Shown piece after piece: positions 45,866 to 55,629 of a stretch of DNA of 57,665 nucleotides. A model generated the notes under the pieces. That model was not told where the DNA came from, did not search any database, and saw only the letters and a list, made by a program, of their open reading frames with translations. The stretch is from positions 1-57,665 of the forward strand of contig CAZXMX010000001.1 in NCBI GenBank assembly GCA_964641645.1. The letters run 5' to 3'. Numbering within the stretch: the first letter of the stretch is position 1; every line of letters starts with the position of its first letter. Made by a program: the position numbers and the translations under genes. The DNA comes from an uncultured Neomegalonema sp. (GTDB lineage: Bacteria > Pseudomonadota > Alphaproteobacteria > Rhodobacterales > Rhodobacteraceae).

Positions 45866-46000
45866 GTGAAACGCACGTTTCAACCCAGCAACCGCGTTCG
45901 CAAGAACCGCCATGGCTTCCGCGCGCGCATGGCCACCAAAAATGGCCGTAAAATCCTTAACGCCCGGCGTTCCCGTGGACGGAAAAAGCTCAGCGCTTGA
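45866..46000 (+). CDS. rpmH: 50S ribosomal protein L34
   Basis: (V/M)[43 protein letters not shown]. The GTG start is preceded by AGGAG. Confidence 0.95.
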   Translation: MKRTFQPSNRVRKNRHGFRARMATKNGRKILNARRSRGRKKLSA

Positions 46001-46010
46001 TGACACCGAT

Positions 46011-46373
46011 GTGAGCGTAGAACGTTCTACGCTTGTCGGATTGCAACACCGGCGAGACTTTCTCGCTGCAGCGAAAGCTCGAAAAGCCGTCACTGACGGC
46101 TTTATTCTTCAATATCGGGCGCGTCGCGACGACTCTGATGACATCCGAGTCGGCTTTACTGCCTCCAAAAAGGTCGGAAATGCTGTAATTCGCAATCGCG
46201 CGAAACGCCGGATGCGTGCGCTTGCGAACGGGCTCTTGCCTACCTGTGGGGAAGCTGGATGCGATTACGTATTGATTGCTCGGAAAAACACCACGATCGA
46301 CCTGCCCTTCGACGCTTTGAGCCGTGACTTTCTCAAGGCGATTGAACGCTCGCGTCCTAGTGGTACCCGATGA
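46011..46373 (+). CDS. rnpA: ribonuclease P protein component
   Basis: RRDFLAA.......GF.L.........RVGFTASKKVGNAVIRNRAKRRMR is the RnpA signature. The start (GTG 46011) is the first in-frame start after the rpmH stop and is uncertain. Confidence 0.8.
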   Translation: MSVERSTLVGLQHRRDFLAAAKARKAVTDGFILQYRARRDDSDDIRVGFTASKKVGNAVIRNRAKRRMRALANGLLPTCGEAGCDYVLIARKNTTIDLPFDALSRDFLKAIERSRPSGTR

Positions 46374-46618
46374 TCCGTCGCGGCATTGTTGGCCTCATGA
46401 AAGTCCCTGTTCACATCTACCGGGCTGCCATATCACCTCTGATTGCATCAAATTGTCGATTTCAACCAACTTGTTCTTCCTATGCCTTGGAAGCATTGGA
46501 CCGCCATGGCCCGATCAGAGGGTTAGCGATGACGATTCGCCGCTTAGTGAAGTGCAGGCCGGGTGGAGGAAGTGGATTTGATCCGGTCCCAGCCGAAGAT
46601 AAACCGCAAAACTCTTGA
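46370..46618 (+). CDS. yidD: membrane protein insertion efficiency factor YidD
   Basis: YR..ISP.....CRF.PTCS.YA.EA...HG...G......R...C.P. ATGA overlap with rnpA. Confidence 0.9.
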   Translation: MIRRGIVGLMKVPVHIYRAAISPLIASNCRFQPTCSSYALEALDRHGPIRGLAMTIRRLVKCRPGGGSGFDPVPAEDKPQNS

Positions 46619-46702
46619 CCTAGCGGTCGCAGACCGCTTGAACCATCGCGACCTGCACACAACCTGTTGCGGGAAAGATTTCCTATACTTCGGAGCCATT
46701 GA

Positions 46703-48493
46703 ATGGGCGACCAAAAAAACCTGATTCTCGCAGCCGTGCTGAGTTTCCTTGTCATCGGACTGTGGGAAGCATTTGTGATCGGCCCGCAGCGCGAGGAAGC
46801 TCGGATCGCTCAGGAAATCCAGGCGGCTCAGCGAGCGGAAAATCCTGAGGTCACGGCAGATGGCGCCTCAGCGCCTGGCGGGATCGTCGCACCCGCTCAA
46901 GCCGTCGTGCTTTCCCGAGAGGATGCGCTCGCGAAAAGCGGTCGCGTGACGATTGATAGTCCGGCGGTTGACGGTTCAATTTCTCTAATTGGCGGCCGGA
47001 TCGATGACCTCAACCTGAAAGATTACCACGTCACAATCGAAGAAGGCTCTCCGGAAGTCACGCTGCTTTCCCCAGAGAACGGACCTGCGGCTTACTATTC
47101 AGTTTTTGGCTGGTTCGGCGCGAACGCGGGTTCGTTGCCCGGATTGAAAACCGAGTGGAAGCAAACCGAGGGTGGAACGCTCGGCCTGAATGCACCGGTT
47201 ACTCTTGAATGGACGAACGATAAGGGCCTCGTTTTTAGCAAACGTTATGAGATCGACAAAGACTACCTCTTCACCGTAACGCAAGAGGTTACGAACTCGT
47301 TTGACGAGACTTTAACGCTGCGCCCCTACGGCCTGATCGCACGCCACGGCGAACCTGAAACACTCGGTATGTATCTGCTGCATGAAGGCGCTATCGGCGC
47401 GGCGGACGGAATTACCGAAGAGTTGGATTACGACGAGTTTGCTGATGCGCCTTTTGAGCGGGCAGAGAATGCGAACATCACGAAAATCGACGTCGCCAAT
47501 AACGGCTACATTGGCTTCACTGACAAGTACTGGATGACCGCGCTCATTCCAGAACCGGGAACGGCTTTCACCGCAGCCTATAAAGTCGGGATAAAGGACG
47601 AAGTTTATCAAACGGACGTCCGGCTCGATGCGGTCTCTGTCGCTCCCGGCGAGTCCGCCAGCAGCAAAATTCATTTCTTTGCTGGCGCAAAACGCGCTGA
47701 AGTCCTCAAGGAATACGAAGAGTCGCTCGGCGTTGATCGTCTGTACGATGCGATTGACTGGGGTTGGTTCTACTTCTTGACCAAGCCATTCTTCTGGCTC
47801 CTCAGCACGATCTACAAACTGGTTGGCAATTTCGGCGTCGCGATTATTCTGCTCACTTGTATCGTCAAGATGGTGATGTTCCCGCTCGCCTATAAATCTT
47901 ATGTCTCAATGGGGCGGATGAAAAAGCTTCAGCCGCAAACTGAAAAGATCAGGGAGAAACACAAAGAAGATCCGCAAGCGATGCAGCGAGCGATGATGGA
48001 TCTTTACAAGAAAGAGAAGGTCAACCCGGCAGCAGGTTGCTTGCCGATCCTCCTCCAAATTCCTGTATTTTTTGCGCTCTATAAGGTTCTCTTCGTCACG
48101 CTCGAAATGCGTCACGCACCCTTCTTCGGATGGATCAAAGACCTTTCAGTTCCGGACCCAACGAGCATCTTCACAGGCTTTGGACTCTTTGATTGGTCGC
48201 TACCAACCTTCCTACTGATTGGTATTTGGCCAATCATCATGGGCATCACGATGTGGATGCAGATGCAGTTGAACCCTGCTCCACCGGACCCGATCCAAAA
48301 GAAAATCTTTGCTTGGATGCCAGTGTTCTTCACCTTCCTCCTTGGGTCTTTCCCAGCGGGCTTGGTGATCTACTGGACTGCAAACAACGTCCTAACGATC
48401 ATTCAGCAAGCCACGATTATGAAGTCGCAGGGAGCGAAGATTGAGCTGTTCGACAATATGAAAGCTCTATTCACACGTAAGAAGACGGAATGA
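46703..48493 (+). CDS. yidC: membrane protein insertase YidC
   Basis: 596 aa with a large periplasmic P1 domain. The C-terminal 60-kDa-IMP core carries GNFGVAIILLT...K, MMDLYKKEKVNP..GCLP.L.Q.P.F.ALY and PAGL.IYW..NN. Confidence 0.95.
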   Translation: MGDQKNLILAAVLSFLVIGLWEAFVIGPQREEARIAQEIQAAQRAENPEVTADGASAPGGIVAPAQAVVLSREDALAKSGRVTIDSPAVDGSISLIGGRIDDLNLKDYHVTIEEGSPEVTLLSPENGPAAYYSVFGWFGANAGSLPGLKTEWKQTEGGTLGLNAPVTLEWTNDKGLVFSKRYEIDKDYLFTVTQEVTNSFDETLTLRPYGLIARHGEPETLGMYLLHEGAIGAADGITEELDYDEFADAPFERAENANITKIDVANNGYIGFTDKYWMTALIPEPGTAFTAAYKVGIKDEVYQTDVRLDAVSVAPGESASSKIHFFAGAKRAEVLKEYEESLGVDRLYDAIDWGWFYFLTKPFFWLLSTIYKLVGNFGVAIILLTCIVKMVMFPLAYKSYVSMGRMKKLQPQTEKIREKHKEDPQAMQRAMMDLYKKEKVNPAAGCLPILLQIPVFFALYKVLFVTLEMRHAPFFGWIKDLSVPDPTSIFTGFGLFDWSLPTFLLIGIWPIIMGITMWMQMQLNPAPPDPIQKKIFAWMPVFFTFLLGSFPAGLVIYWTANNVLTIIQQATIMKSQGAKIELFDNMKALFTRKKTE

Positions 48494-49143
48494 CCCCTTA
48501 CACCGAAGGTGAGATCGAAGCTGGGCGTCTTCTATTCGCCCGCGAGGCTGACTTCATCATCGGCGCGGCGAAGCTTGAGCAATTGCCAGCCGGTGATCGT
48601 CTCGAAATTTGCTTCGCCGGGCGTTCCAATGTCGGGAAGTCGAGTCTGATAAATGCCCTAACGGGACGCAAAAATCTTGCACGGGCATCGAACACACCGG
48701 GTCGGACACAGCAACTCAATTACTTTGCGTTGGCGCATCCGGACATTGTGAGCCTGTACCTCGTCGATTTACCCGGTTACGGCTATGCCAAAGCACCAAA
48801 GTCAGAAGTCGAGCGCTGGCAAGGTGTTCTGAATGGATACCTCTCAGGGCGTGCAAGCCTGCGACGCTGCTTTCTGCTGATCGACTCGCGCCACGGCATC
48901 AAAGCTGTCGATACCGAAATCATGGATATGCTGGATGCGGCGGCAGTGAGCTACCAAACCGTTTTGACCAAAGCGGATAAGGTTAAAGCTGCAGCACTGG
49001 ATTCTGTCATCGAAGCAACCGCGAAGATCATTAGCAAACGCCCTGCCGCCTATCCGCAGCTGATAATCACTTCGGCGGAGAAACAAGAAGGCATCGAAGA
49101 TCTTCGCGCAGCTGTTGTTCGGCTTGCGATGGAGACTGGTTAA
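48490..49143 (+). CDS. engB: ribosome biogenesis GTP-binding protein YihA/YsxC (EngB)
   Basis: GRSNVGKSSLINAL (G1), DLPGYGYA (G3) and TKADK (G4) are present. ATGA overlap with yidC. Confidence 0.9.
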   Translation: MTPYTEGEIEAGRLLFAREADFIIGAAKLEQLPAGDRLEICFAGRSNVGKSSLINALTGRKNLARASNTPGRTQQLNYFALAHPDIVSLYLVDLPGYGYAKAPKSEVERWQGVLNGYLSGRASLRRCFLLIDSRHGIKAVDTEIMDMLDAAAVSYQTVLTKADKVKAAALDSVIEATAKIISKRPAAYPQLIITSAEKQEGIEDLRAAVVRLAMETG

Positions 49144-49724
49144 CGCAACCCGTCTTCGCCCTTGGCATCATGATGCTCCAGCCCACCGACCCTCGGCAGG
49201 GGGCGGCCCGAATCGGCGACTGAGATTGCGACCATGATCTCATTCGTTCGTGGCGCATCATTGATGCGCACTTCCATCCCATCGAAATGGGAGCGAACAT
49301 AAGCGGCATCTTTGTGTCCTAAAGGAATGTCGAGCGGCGCGCCCATTGATCCCATTTTTTTTGACGATGGCACGAGCGCCGCGCCCTTTTCAACAGCGGC
49401 TCGGAGCGGTTTACCCATACGTGGATGCAAGAGGGCAGCGGCATGCTCTAACTCGCCAGTCTCGCCAACCATCGCGGCTTTCCCATAGCTTTGTGCTTGT
49501 TCGGGCGTAATGCCAAGCGCCGCAACGCATTTCTCCCCAAGCAATCCACCAAGCTCCTCGCCAATCTGCATCAAGGGATCGAGATCTTCGACGTACTGGC
49601 CGGCGAAGGGGTTCTCAATGACAGCAATCGCTGCGGCACGGCGCGTGGGAGGGGAGATCGTTTGACCTTGTTCCGATAGCGTCTCTTCAACAGTCACAAC
49701 AATTTTTCGAATCTTGGCCTTCAT
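49140..49724 (-). CDS. 'amino acid synthesis' family protein (AA_synth / DUF1185), function unknown
   Basis: IRK.V...E......G.......R.A...VI.NPFAG.YVEDL..L and GK.A.VG..GE.EH.AA..HP blocks match my recollection of this family. Confidence 0.7.
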   Translation of the reverse strand: MKAKIRKIVVTVEETLSEQGQTISPPTRRAAAIAVIENPFAGQYVEDLDPLMQIGEELGGLLGEKCVAALGITPEQAQSYGKAAMVGETGELEHAAALLHPRMGKPLRAAVEKGAALVPSSKKMGSMGAPLDIPLGHKDAAYVRSHFDGMEVRINDAPRTNEIMVAISVADSGRPLPRVGGLEHHDAKGEDGLR

Positions 49725-50617
49725 GCCATCCCTCCCGTCATTTCAACGTTTTTCAAAAGCAGAGTTTCCGTGCGTTCGAGGGACGACATGAACATCCCGC
49801 TCCCGACTACCTTCCGCTGGCCCTGCAATCCCAGAACCACAGCGTTGATCAAGCCACGATGCAGCATCTTCTCTGCGCAGCTTTGCCCGCGCATCAATGC
49901 CGACGAAATATCGGTCTCAGATAGCGCACCGACCTCCACCGTTACCATTCGGCTTCCGAGATCGCTATCAGGAGAAAGCTGTAGGGCTGGCACCCGCTTG
50001 ATCTGATCAGACGTCGGCACATCAACCGCATTTCCGATCAGCGTTGCGGCGACATCAGCCGTCGCAGCATCTTTTGCAAAGACGGTCACAAACTCTGCCA
50101 CACCGAGCGAGTGAGATCGTCCACCCCAACCACTCGTCGCAACGCCACCAATTCCGTCGCTAGCTTGAACCATGACCGGGGTGAGTGTCACAGATTCATT
50201 TCTGACATCGCCGACACCAATCGTGAGGCTTTCTTTGCCTCCAAGCCAAAGCGCAATATCGCCACCGTTGTTGACGCTCGCTTTCGCGAGCGTTCGACCG
50301 TCAAGCGTCGCGGCGAGAATATGATCCGCCACTGATCCCGCCACTGCCGCCATCGGAGTCACAAACGCCTCGTGGCGCTCGGTGGCCTCGACCATCCGCT
50401 TGGCGACCTGCCCTTGTACGACAAGACCATGCGCTTCGCGGCGCAACTGAGGTAATTCATCGACTAAAGTTTGTAGAACTGTTTCAAAAGCTGTTGCAGC
50501 TTGCCGATAGGCCGCTTCGATTTCGCTTTCATCACCCCAAGATTCAACGATCAAATCGATCGGGCCATGCTGCAGATGCAAACGCCTTCCCAATACAGCG
50601 GATTGAGGTCCCGTCAT
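49721..50617 (-). CDS. UPF0280 family protein (ApbE-like fold), function unknown
   Basis: L.HGPIDL.....G and the ATSGWGGRSHSLG block are present. ATG 50617 gives an ATGA overlap with the upstream stop, whereas the track start 50644 would overlap by 31 nt. Confidence 0.65.
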   Translation of the reverse strand: MTGPQSAVLGRRLHLQHGPIDLIVESWGDESEIEAAYRQAATAFETVLQTLVDELPQLRREAHGLVVQGQVAKRMVEATERHEAFVTPMAAVAGSVADHILAATLDGRTLAKASVNNGGDIALWLGGKESLTIGVGDVRNESVTLTPVMVQASDGIGGVATSGWGGRSHSLGVAEFVTVFAKDAATADVAATLIGNAVDVPTSDQIKRVPALQLSPDSDLGSRMVTVEVGALSETDISSALMRGQSCAEKMLHRGLINAVVLGLQGQRKVVGSGMFMSSLERTETLLLKNVEMTGGMA

Positions 50618-52083
50618 TCGCCGTTCTCGGCCTTCACCGGCCATGGAACACCCTCGACGGCAAACTCCCGCCTATGGCCCACAAGACGGTGATCGTTCTG
50701 CGGCCCCACGCGTCCGGCAACGGCATCGTCGAGAGACATGATATGATCGGCATGACCTCCAAGTGCCAGATACTCGTCCCGCGGTAGGGTAAACTCGATC
50801 GGCGCCACCAGTGCAGGCGTCGGAACATACCCAAAGGCACCTTTCGGCATCTGTGTGACATCCGCCATAATCGTAATCCCGCCACCGGGCCACAGATATG
50901 CCGGAGCTCCGCCGATCGTAACGTTCGCGAGAGCTTTTCTCACCGAGCGCGTCAACCGAACCGGGTTTTCCGTCGCTCCTGCTCGCAGTGATCCTCCCGC
51001 TCCCCCCATAAATGCAACCGAGCACAGGGCGGGCTCACAGTTTTCCTCGATGCGTTCAATCGACGGCATCAATTGTTCCGGCATCTCTTTCTCGACAGGC
51101 GTTAGACCTTCATTCAACTCAAAATAGGCGAAGTTTTCACCAGTCGTCGAAACCATCAACATCGATTGTCCAGGTTTCGCCACGTCTGGTTTGAATTCTT
51201 TGAGAATGGCGAGCGGGTCCGTCAGATCGGTTCCTCCCCAACCCGTCCCGGAATTCGCGACCTGAAAATATCGTCCCGGCGTCGATCGGCGACCGTTGAT
51301 ACGAATACCGCTCGCCGGCCAATTGAGCACTTTTCCCGCCTGATGCTCCGATACGACGCCCGTGATGTGGTCATCGACCACAACCACTTCATCGACAAGG
51401 CCCTGCCACTGCGATGCGAACATTCCCACGGTTGCCGAGCCACAACCAACTCGCATTCGTTCTTCGGGCGTGCCGTCAATAATCGGAGCTGCCCCTGCCT
51501 CGACAATGACGGTCAATCCATTATCAATCGTGAATTCAACAGGTTCACAGTTACACAAGGCCAACAACGTCGAACAGGTTACGCGGCCCTCCTTTTTTCC
51601 GCCCCCTGTCAGGTGATGTACGCCGCCGAGCGATAACATCTGCGAACCGTATTCAGCCGTCGTTACGTGACCTACTGGCTCGCCCTCGCATCGGACCAAT
51701 GCGCGTTCCGGGCCGAGGTGACGATCTGTATCAATCTTCACTTTGGCACCGCAATAACTGAAGATACCTTCGGTCACGACTGTTACGATATCGATGCCAT
51801 CAATCTCGGACGAGACGATGAAAGGCGCGGGCTTGTAGTCTGGATAGGTCGTGCCTGCACCAATGGCGGTCACGAAGGTTTCCTTCGGCGCGATACGACC
51901 ATCCCAATCGTCTCCGACGAAAGGAACTGCTTGATCTGCTCGCTCTAAAATCACCAAAGGATCAACGCGCACCAATTCGCCACCTTCATTGGCGTAGCGG
52001 TCACAAGCGCCGGAACGACCATCCGCGATATAACACATCACCGGACAGGCATCGCAGCGGATCTTCTCGACGCGTTCAGCCAT
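50614..52083 (-). CDS. 6-hydroxynicotinate-reductase-like iron-sulfur/flavo-protein
   Basis: The N-terminal KIRCDACPVMCYIADGRSGACDRYAN cysteine cluster is the hallmark of proteins annotated as 6-hydroxynicotinate reductase (Hnr). 489 aa. Confidence 0.65.
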   Translation of the reverse strand: MAERVEKIRCDACPVMCYIADGRSGACDRYANEGGELVRVDPLVILERADQAVPFVGDDWDGRIAPKETFVTAIGAGTTYPDYKPAPFIVSSEIDGIDIVTVVTEGIFSYCGAKVKIDTDRHLGPERALVRCEGEPVGHVTTAEYGSQMLSLGGVHHLTGGGKKEGRVTCSTLLALCNCEPVEFTIDNGLTVIVEAGAAPIIDGTPEERMRVGCGSATVGMFASQWQGLVDEVVVVDDHITGVVSEHQAGKVLNWPASGIRINGRRSTPGRYFQVANSGTGWGGTDLTDPLAILKEFKPDVAKPGQSMLMVSTTGENFAYFELNEGLTPVEKEMPEQLMPSIERIEENCEPALCSVAFMGGAGGSLRAGATENPVRLTRSVRKALANVTIGGAPAYLWPGGGITIMADVTQMPKGAFGYVPTPALVAPIEFTLPRDEYLALGGHADHIMSLDDAVAGRVGPQNDHRLVGHRREFAVEGVPWPVKAENGE

Positions 52084-54779
52084 TAGTGAACAACTTTCAA
52101 CGCAGCCAGAACTTTATCTGGCGTTGCTGGCAGATGACGAACCTTCGCACCGGTCGCATGACGGATCGCATTTAGGATCGCTGGGGCAGTGGGGATCAGA
52201 ACGTGTTCTCCCAGACCCTTCGCACCGTAAGGCCCTTCCGCATCCGGGACTTCGATAATGTGATGGGTGAAGGACGGCATATCGCCAAATGTTGGGATGA
52301 GGTAGTCGTGCAGATTTTCGGTTTTGCCCGGCACAAAATTCTCCATCAGCGCCAGCCCGATCCCTTGGGCCACACCGCCTTCGATTTGCCCTTCAATCAG
52401 TAGAGGATTAATTGCGCAGCCTACATCATGCGCCGTCGTGATATGATCTAACTTAACCGTCCCCAGACGTGTATCGACCGTTAGCTCGACCATCTGCGCA
52501 CCATACCCATAAACGGCATAGGGTTTTCCTTGGCCGTTCTCGTCCAACGCGGTTACGGGAGGGTTATAGGTTTCCTCCGCCGTGAAAACGTAGCCATGTG
52601 CATCCGATGGCATCCCCGACAACTCGACTGCGGTCTCGCCAAAACGGATCGTCCCATCCCCGATCGTGAACTGTGCATCCTCAGCTACATTTGCATGTCG
52701 CAAGATCGAGGCTCGTAACGCTTTTCCAGCCAACATCGCAGCTGCCCCCGTCACGTAGGTTTGCCGCGACGCAGACGTCTTGCCGCAATCCGGCGTTAGA
52801 TCCGTATCTCCACCGACGAGACGAATGGCATGGACAGGGACTCCAAGCGAGTCAGCAGCAATCTGCGTGATGACCGTGTTCGCGCCCTGCCCTATATCCA
52901 TTGCGCCTTGGTGCAATACTACTTCGCCGGACGCAGTGACACCCATTCGGATGGTCGAAGGATTCGGTAGAGACGTATTTCCGCACCCATACCAACACGA
53001 AGCAATCCCGATTCCTTTTCGCAATCCCGACCCATTTGCATTTTTGTTAAACGAAGCGATGCGTTCTCCGACGACGGACCATTCCGACGCAAGCGCCTCT
53101 AGGCACGCAGCAATGCCAACACCGGTCTCAAAGACCTGTCCGGTGACCGTAGGCTGACCATCTCGGAGCGCGTTCTTTAAGCGAAACGCAAGTCGGTCCA
53201 TTCCAATGTTTTCAGCTAAGTCATCAAAGGCGAGCTCTTGCGCGATTGCAGCTTGTGGAACCCCAAACCCGCGAAACGCACCTGCTGGCGGACAATGGGT
53301 ATGAACGGCAATACTCCGCGCGCGATAATCCGGCGTGTAATAAGGTCCAGAAGCATGAACCGGAACCCGGTTCGCAACCGTCGGCCCCCAGCTCGCGTAT
53401 GCACCGGTGTTAAAGGTCCCTTGAAAGTCAAAACCGCTGACGACGCCTTCCCGATCGCAACCGACCGTTAGCGTAATCTCCGAAGGGTGGCGCTTCGTCG
53501 TCGCGCGCATGGAATCGCCGCGTGTGTAGCAAATTCCAACAGGGCGATTGAGGTGCCAGGCAGCGAGAGCAACATAAGGTTGGAAAGATACATCGAGTTT
53601 GGAACCAAAGCCGCCACCACATGCGGTCGGCACAACACGCACCGCTTCCATATCGAGTGCCATGATCGCAGAGAGTTCTTCCCGATCCATCGTCGCCGCT
53701 TGCGTACATCCATGAACGGTGAGCCGATTGCCTTCGCGCTCCGCCCAACCGGCTTCAGGTTCGATGTATGCGTGCTCGATAAACGGAGTCGACGTCTCTA
53801 CCGTTACCGAATGCGCCGAATTCGCAATCATACCTTCAGCGTCGCCCCGTTGGACGAGACCCGTGATCAGAATATTGTCAGGACGTGAGCGGTGAAGAGC
53901 GTCGGCCTCCAGTGCCTCGTCAGGCGTCGTTGCGGATGGACGTTCTTCCCATAAGACTGGAAATTCGCTTTCGCGCAGGGCACGAACTGCTTCGGGTTCA
54001 CCAACGACACAGGCCACTGCCTCGCCTCGATATCGAGCGACGCCGTCCGCAAAAACAGGTTGATCCGCGAGCGGCGGAATAACGCCGAAACAGTTTTTAC
54101 CGGGAATGTCACGCGCGTCGAACCACGCTAGCAACCCATGCTTCGATAGATACCTCTCAGTGTCCCCAAAAGTGAACGCTGCATGTGGATGTGGCGAACG
54201 AATAACGCGAGCTAGCAGCGCATCGTCTGGCAATGCGTCGTCGCCGTAGATAAGGCTACCCTCAACTTTTGGACGCCCATCGAGGTGCGCGATCGCGCGT
54301 CCAATACTTTGGCCCGCACTCGGTTTCTCACGACGGGAATTTAACGTTGTTGCCGTCATGACGGCGTCAACAATCTTCGCGTAGCCAGTGCATCGACACA
54401 GCACTCCACCAAGGGCATCTTCCACTTCCTGTTGAGCAGGTCGCGGGTTACTTCGTAGCAAAGCAATGGCCGCGACTATCATTCCCGGTGTGCAAATTCC
54501 GCACTGCGCGGCACCGTGGTGAAGGAAGCTCTCGCGAAGGCGTTCTGTGAGAGGATCGTCTGCCAACCCCTCCAAAGTCGTAACATCCGATCCATTAACT
54601 TGGCCCGCAGCCGTCAAACATGCACAGACAGGTGAGCCGTCGATCAGAACGGAACAGGCGCCGCAATCTCCGGCGTCACAGCCAACTTTGGTTGCCGTTA
54701 AACCCAATTCATTTCGCAAGAACGCCGACAACCGCACTGTAGGGTTCGTCGCGCCGACTTCCGAGCCATTGACTCTCAT
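52083..54779 (-). CDS. xanthine-dehydrogenase-family molybdo-hydroxylase, fused [2Fe-2S] (small-subunit) + molybdopterin-binding (large-subunit) polypeptide
   Basis: N-terminal GCDAGDCGACSV...C and CG.CTPGM iron-sulfur motifs are followed by about 740 aa of aldehyde-oxidase/XDH a/b-hammerhead and Moco-binding blocks (GGGFG, the E near the C-terminus in GLGE). Confidence 0.85.
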   Translation of the reverse strand: MRVNGSEVGATNPTVRLSAFLRNELGLTATKVGCDAGDCGACSVLIDGSPVCACLTAAGQVNGSDVTTLEGLADDPLTERLRESFLHHGAAQCGICTPGMIVAAIALLRSNPRPAQQEVEDALGGVLCRCTGYAKIVDAVMTATTLNSRREKPSAGQSIGRAIAHLDGRPKVEGSLIYGDDALPDDALLARVIRSPHPHAAFTFGDTERYLSKHGLLAWFDARDIPGKNCFGVIPPLADQPVFADGVARYRGEAVACVVGEPEAVRALRESEFPVLWEERPSATTPDEALEADALHRSRPDNILITGLVQRGDAEGMIANSAHSVTVETSTPFIEHAYIEPEAGWAEREGNRLTVHGCTQAATMDREELSAIMALDMEAVRVVPTACGGGFGSKLDVSFQPYVALAAWHLNRPVGICYTRGDSMRATTKRHPSEITLTVGCDREGVVSGFDFQGTFNTGAYASWGPTVANRVPVHASGPYYTPDYRARSIAVHTHCPPAGAFRGFGVPQAAIAQELAFDDLAENIGMDRLAFRLKNALRDGQPTVTGQVFETGVGIAACLEALASEWSVVGERIASFNKNANGSGLRKGIGIASCWYGCGNTSLPNPSTIRMGVTASGEVVLHQGAMDIGQGANTVITQIAADSLGVPVHAIRLVGGDTDLTPDCGKTSASRQTYVTGAAAMLAGKALRASILRHANVAEDAQFTIGDGTIRFGETAVELSGMPSDAHGYVFTAEETYNPPVTALDENGQGKPYAVYGYGAQMVELTVDTRLGTVKLDHITTAHDVGCAINPLLIEGQIEGGVAQGIGLALMENFVPGKTENLHDYLIPTFGDMPSFTHHIIEVPDAEGPYGAKGLGEHVLIPTAPAILNAIRHATGAKVRHLPATPDKVLAALKVVH

Positions 54780-55606
54780 GGCTTCGCCGCCTCATCCAAC
54801 GTGCGCTTCACCAATTCAACAGCAGCGAGTGTCCTATACCAGGCTGGTGCCCGAACATCAGAAATCGGGGATAAGTCAGAAAATCTCTCTTCCGTCACCA
54901 CCTTAGAGACCTCGGAGAGTGGCATTCCAAGCAATGCCGCTTCAATATCGAACAGTCGTTTCGCAACGGCAGAACATGCCCCGACAGCAATCGCAGCTTT
55001 GGAAATGCAATCGCCATCGACTTCCAACCGAACCGCCACCATGGCGATCGAAATCACAAGGTACTTTCGCGTACCAAGTTTCAGAAATGCTGACCGTCCG
55101 AGCGCCCCCTCTTCCGGAATGAGAATGCCCGTTACGAGTTCGTTCGATGAAATGTCGGTCTGCCGATTTCCTAAAACGAATTCGCCGAGTGGAATGACGC
55201 GCTGTCCATCCGACGATGATAGCTCCACGCCGGCATCCATGACCAACAACGGTGGCACGCCATCGGCAGCAGGAGATGCGTTACACAGGTTGCCGACAAT
55301 TGTCGCGCGGTTCTGAATTTGAACGGACCCAACTTCGCGAGCTGCCAGTTTCAGTGCATCGAATGCGGGTGGGAGGTCCGCATGGATAACGTCGGTCCAC
55401 GTGGTCAGCGCACCGATCCGCCATCCATCGTCCACGCGCTCAATGCCGCGCAAAGGTTCTATACCAGAGATATCAAGGATCGGTGAGAGGGGGAGCTCGT
55501 CCCCCAGGCCGGGGAAATAGTCCGTCCCTCCAGACAAAACATCCCAATGGCCCTTCGCTAACAAGGCCAGTGCTTCGTCAATCTGTGTCGGTCTCGCAAA
55601 CTCCAT
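54776..55606 (-). CDS. FAD-binding subunit of molybdo-hydroxylase (CoxM/XdhB-like, FAD_binding_5 + CO_deh_flav_C)
   Basis: F..P.....A..LL.......L.GGTD and IQNRATIGGNL-type (IQNRATIVGNLC) blocks are present. ATGA overlap with the downstream gene. Confidence 0.85.
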   Translation of the reverse strand: MEFARPTQIDEALALLAKGHWDVLSGGTDYFPGLGDELPLSPILDISGIEPLRGIERVDDGWRIGALTTWTDVIHADLPPAFDALKLAAREVGSVQIQNRATIVGNLCNASPAADGVPPLLVMDAGVELSSSDGQRVIPLGEFVLGNRQTDISSNELVTGILIPEEGALGRSAFLKLGTRKYLVISIAMVAVRLEVDGDCISKAAIAVGACSAVAKRLFDIEAALLGMPLSEVSKVVTEERFSDLSPISDVRAPAWYRTLAAVELVKRTLDEAAKP

Positions 55607-55629
55607 GGCGAGACCCTAGAAGCCTCAGT

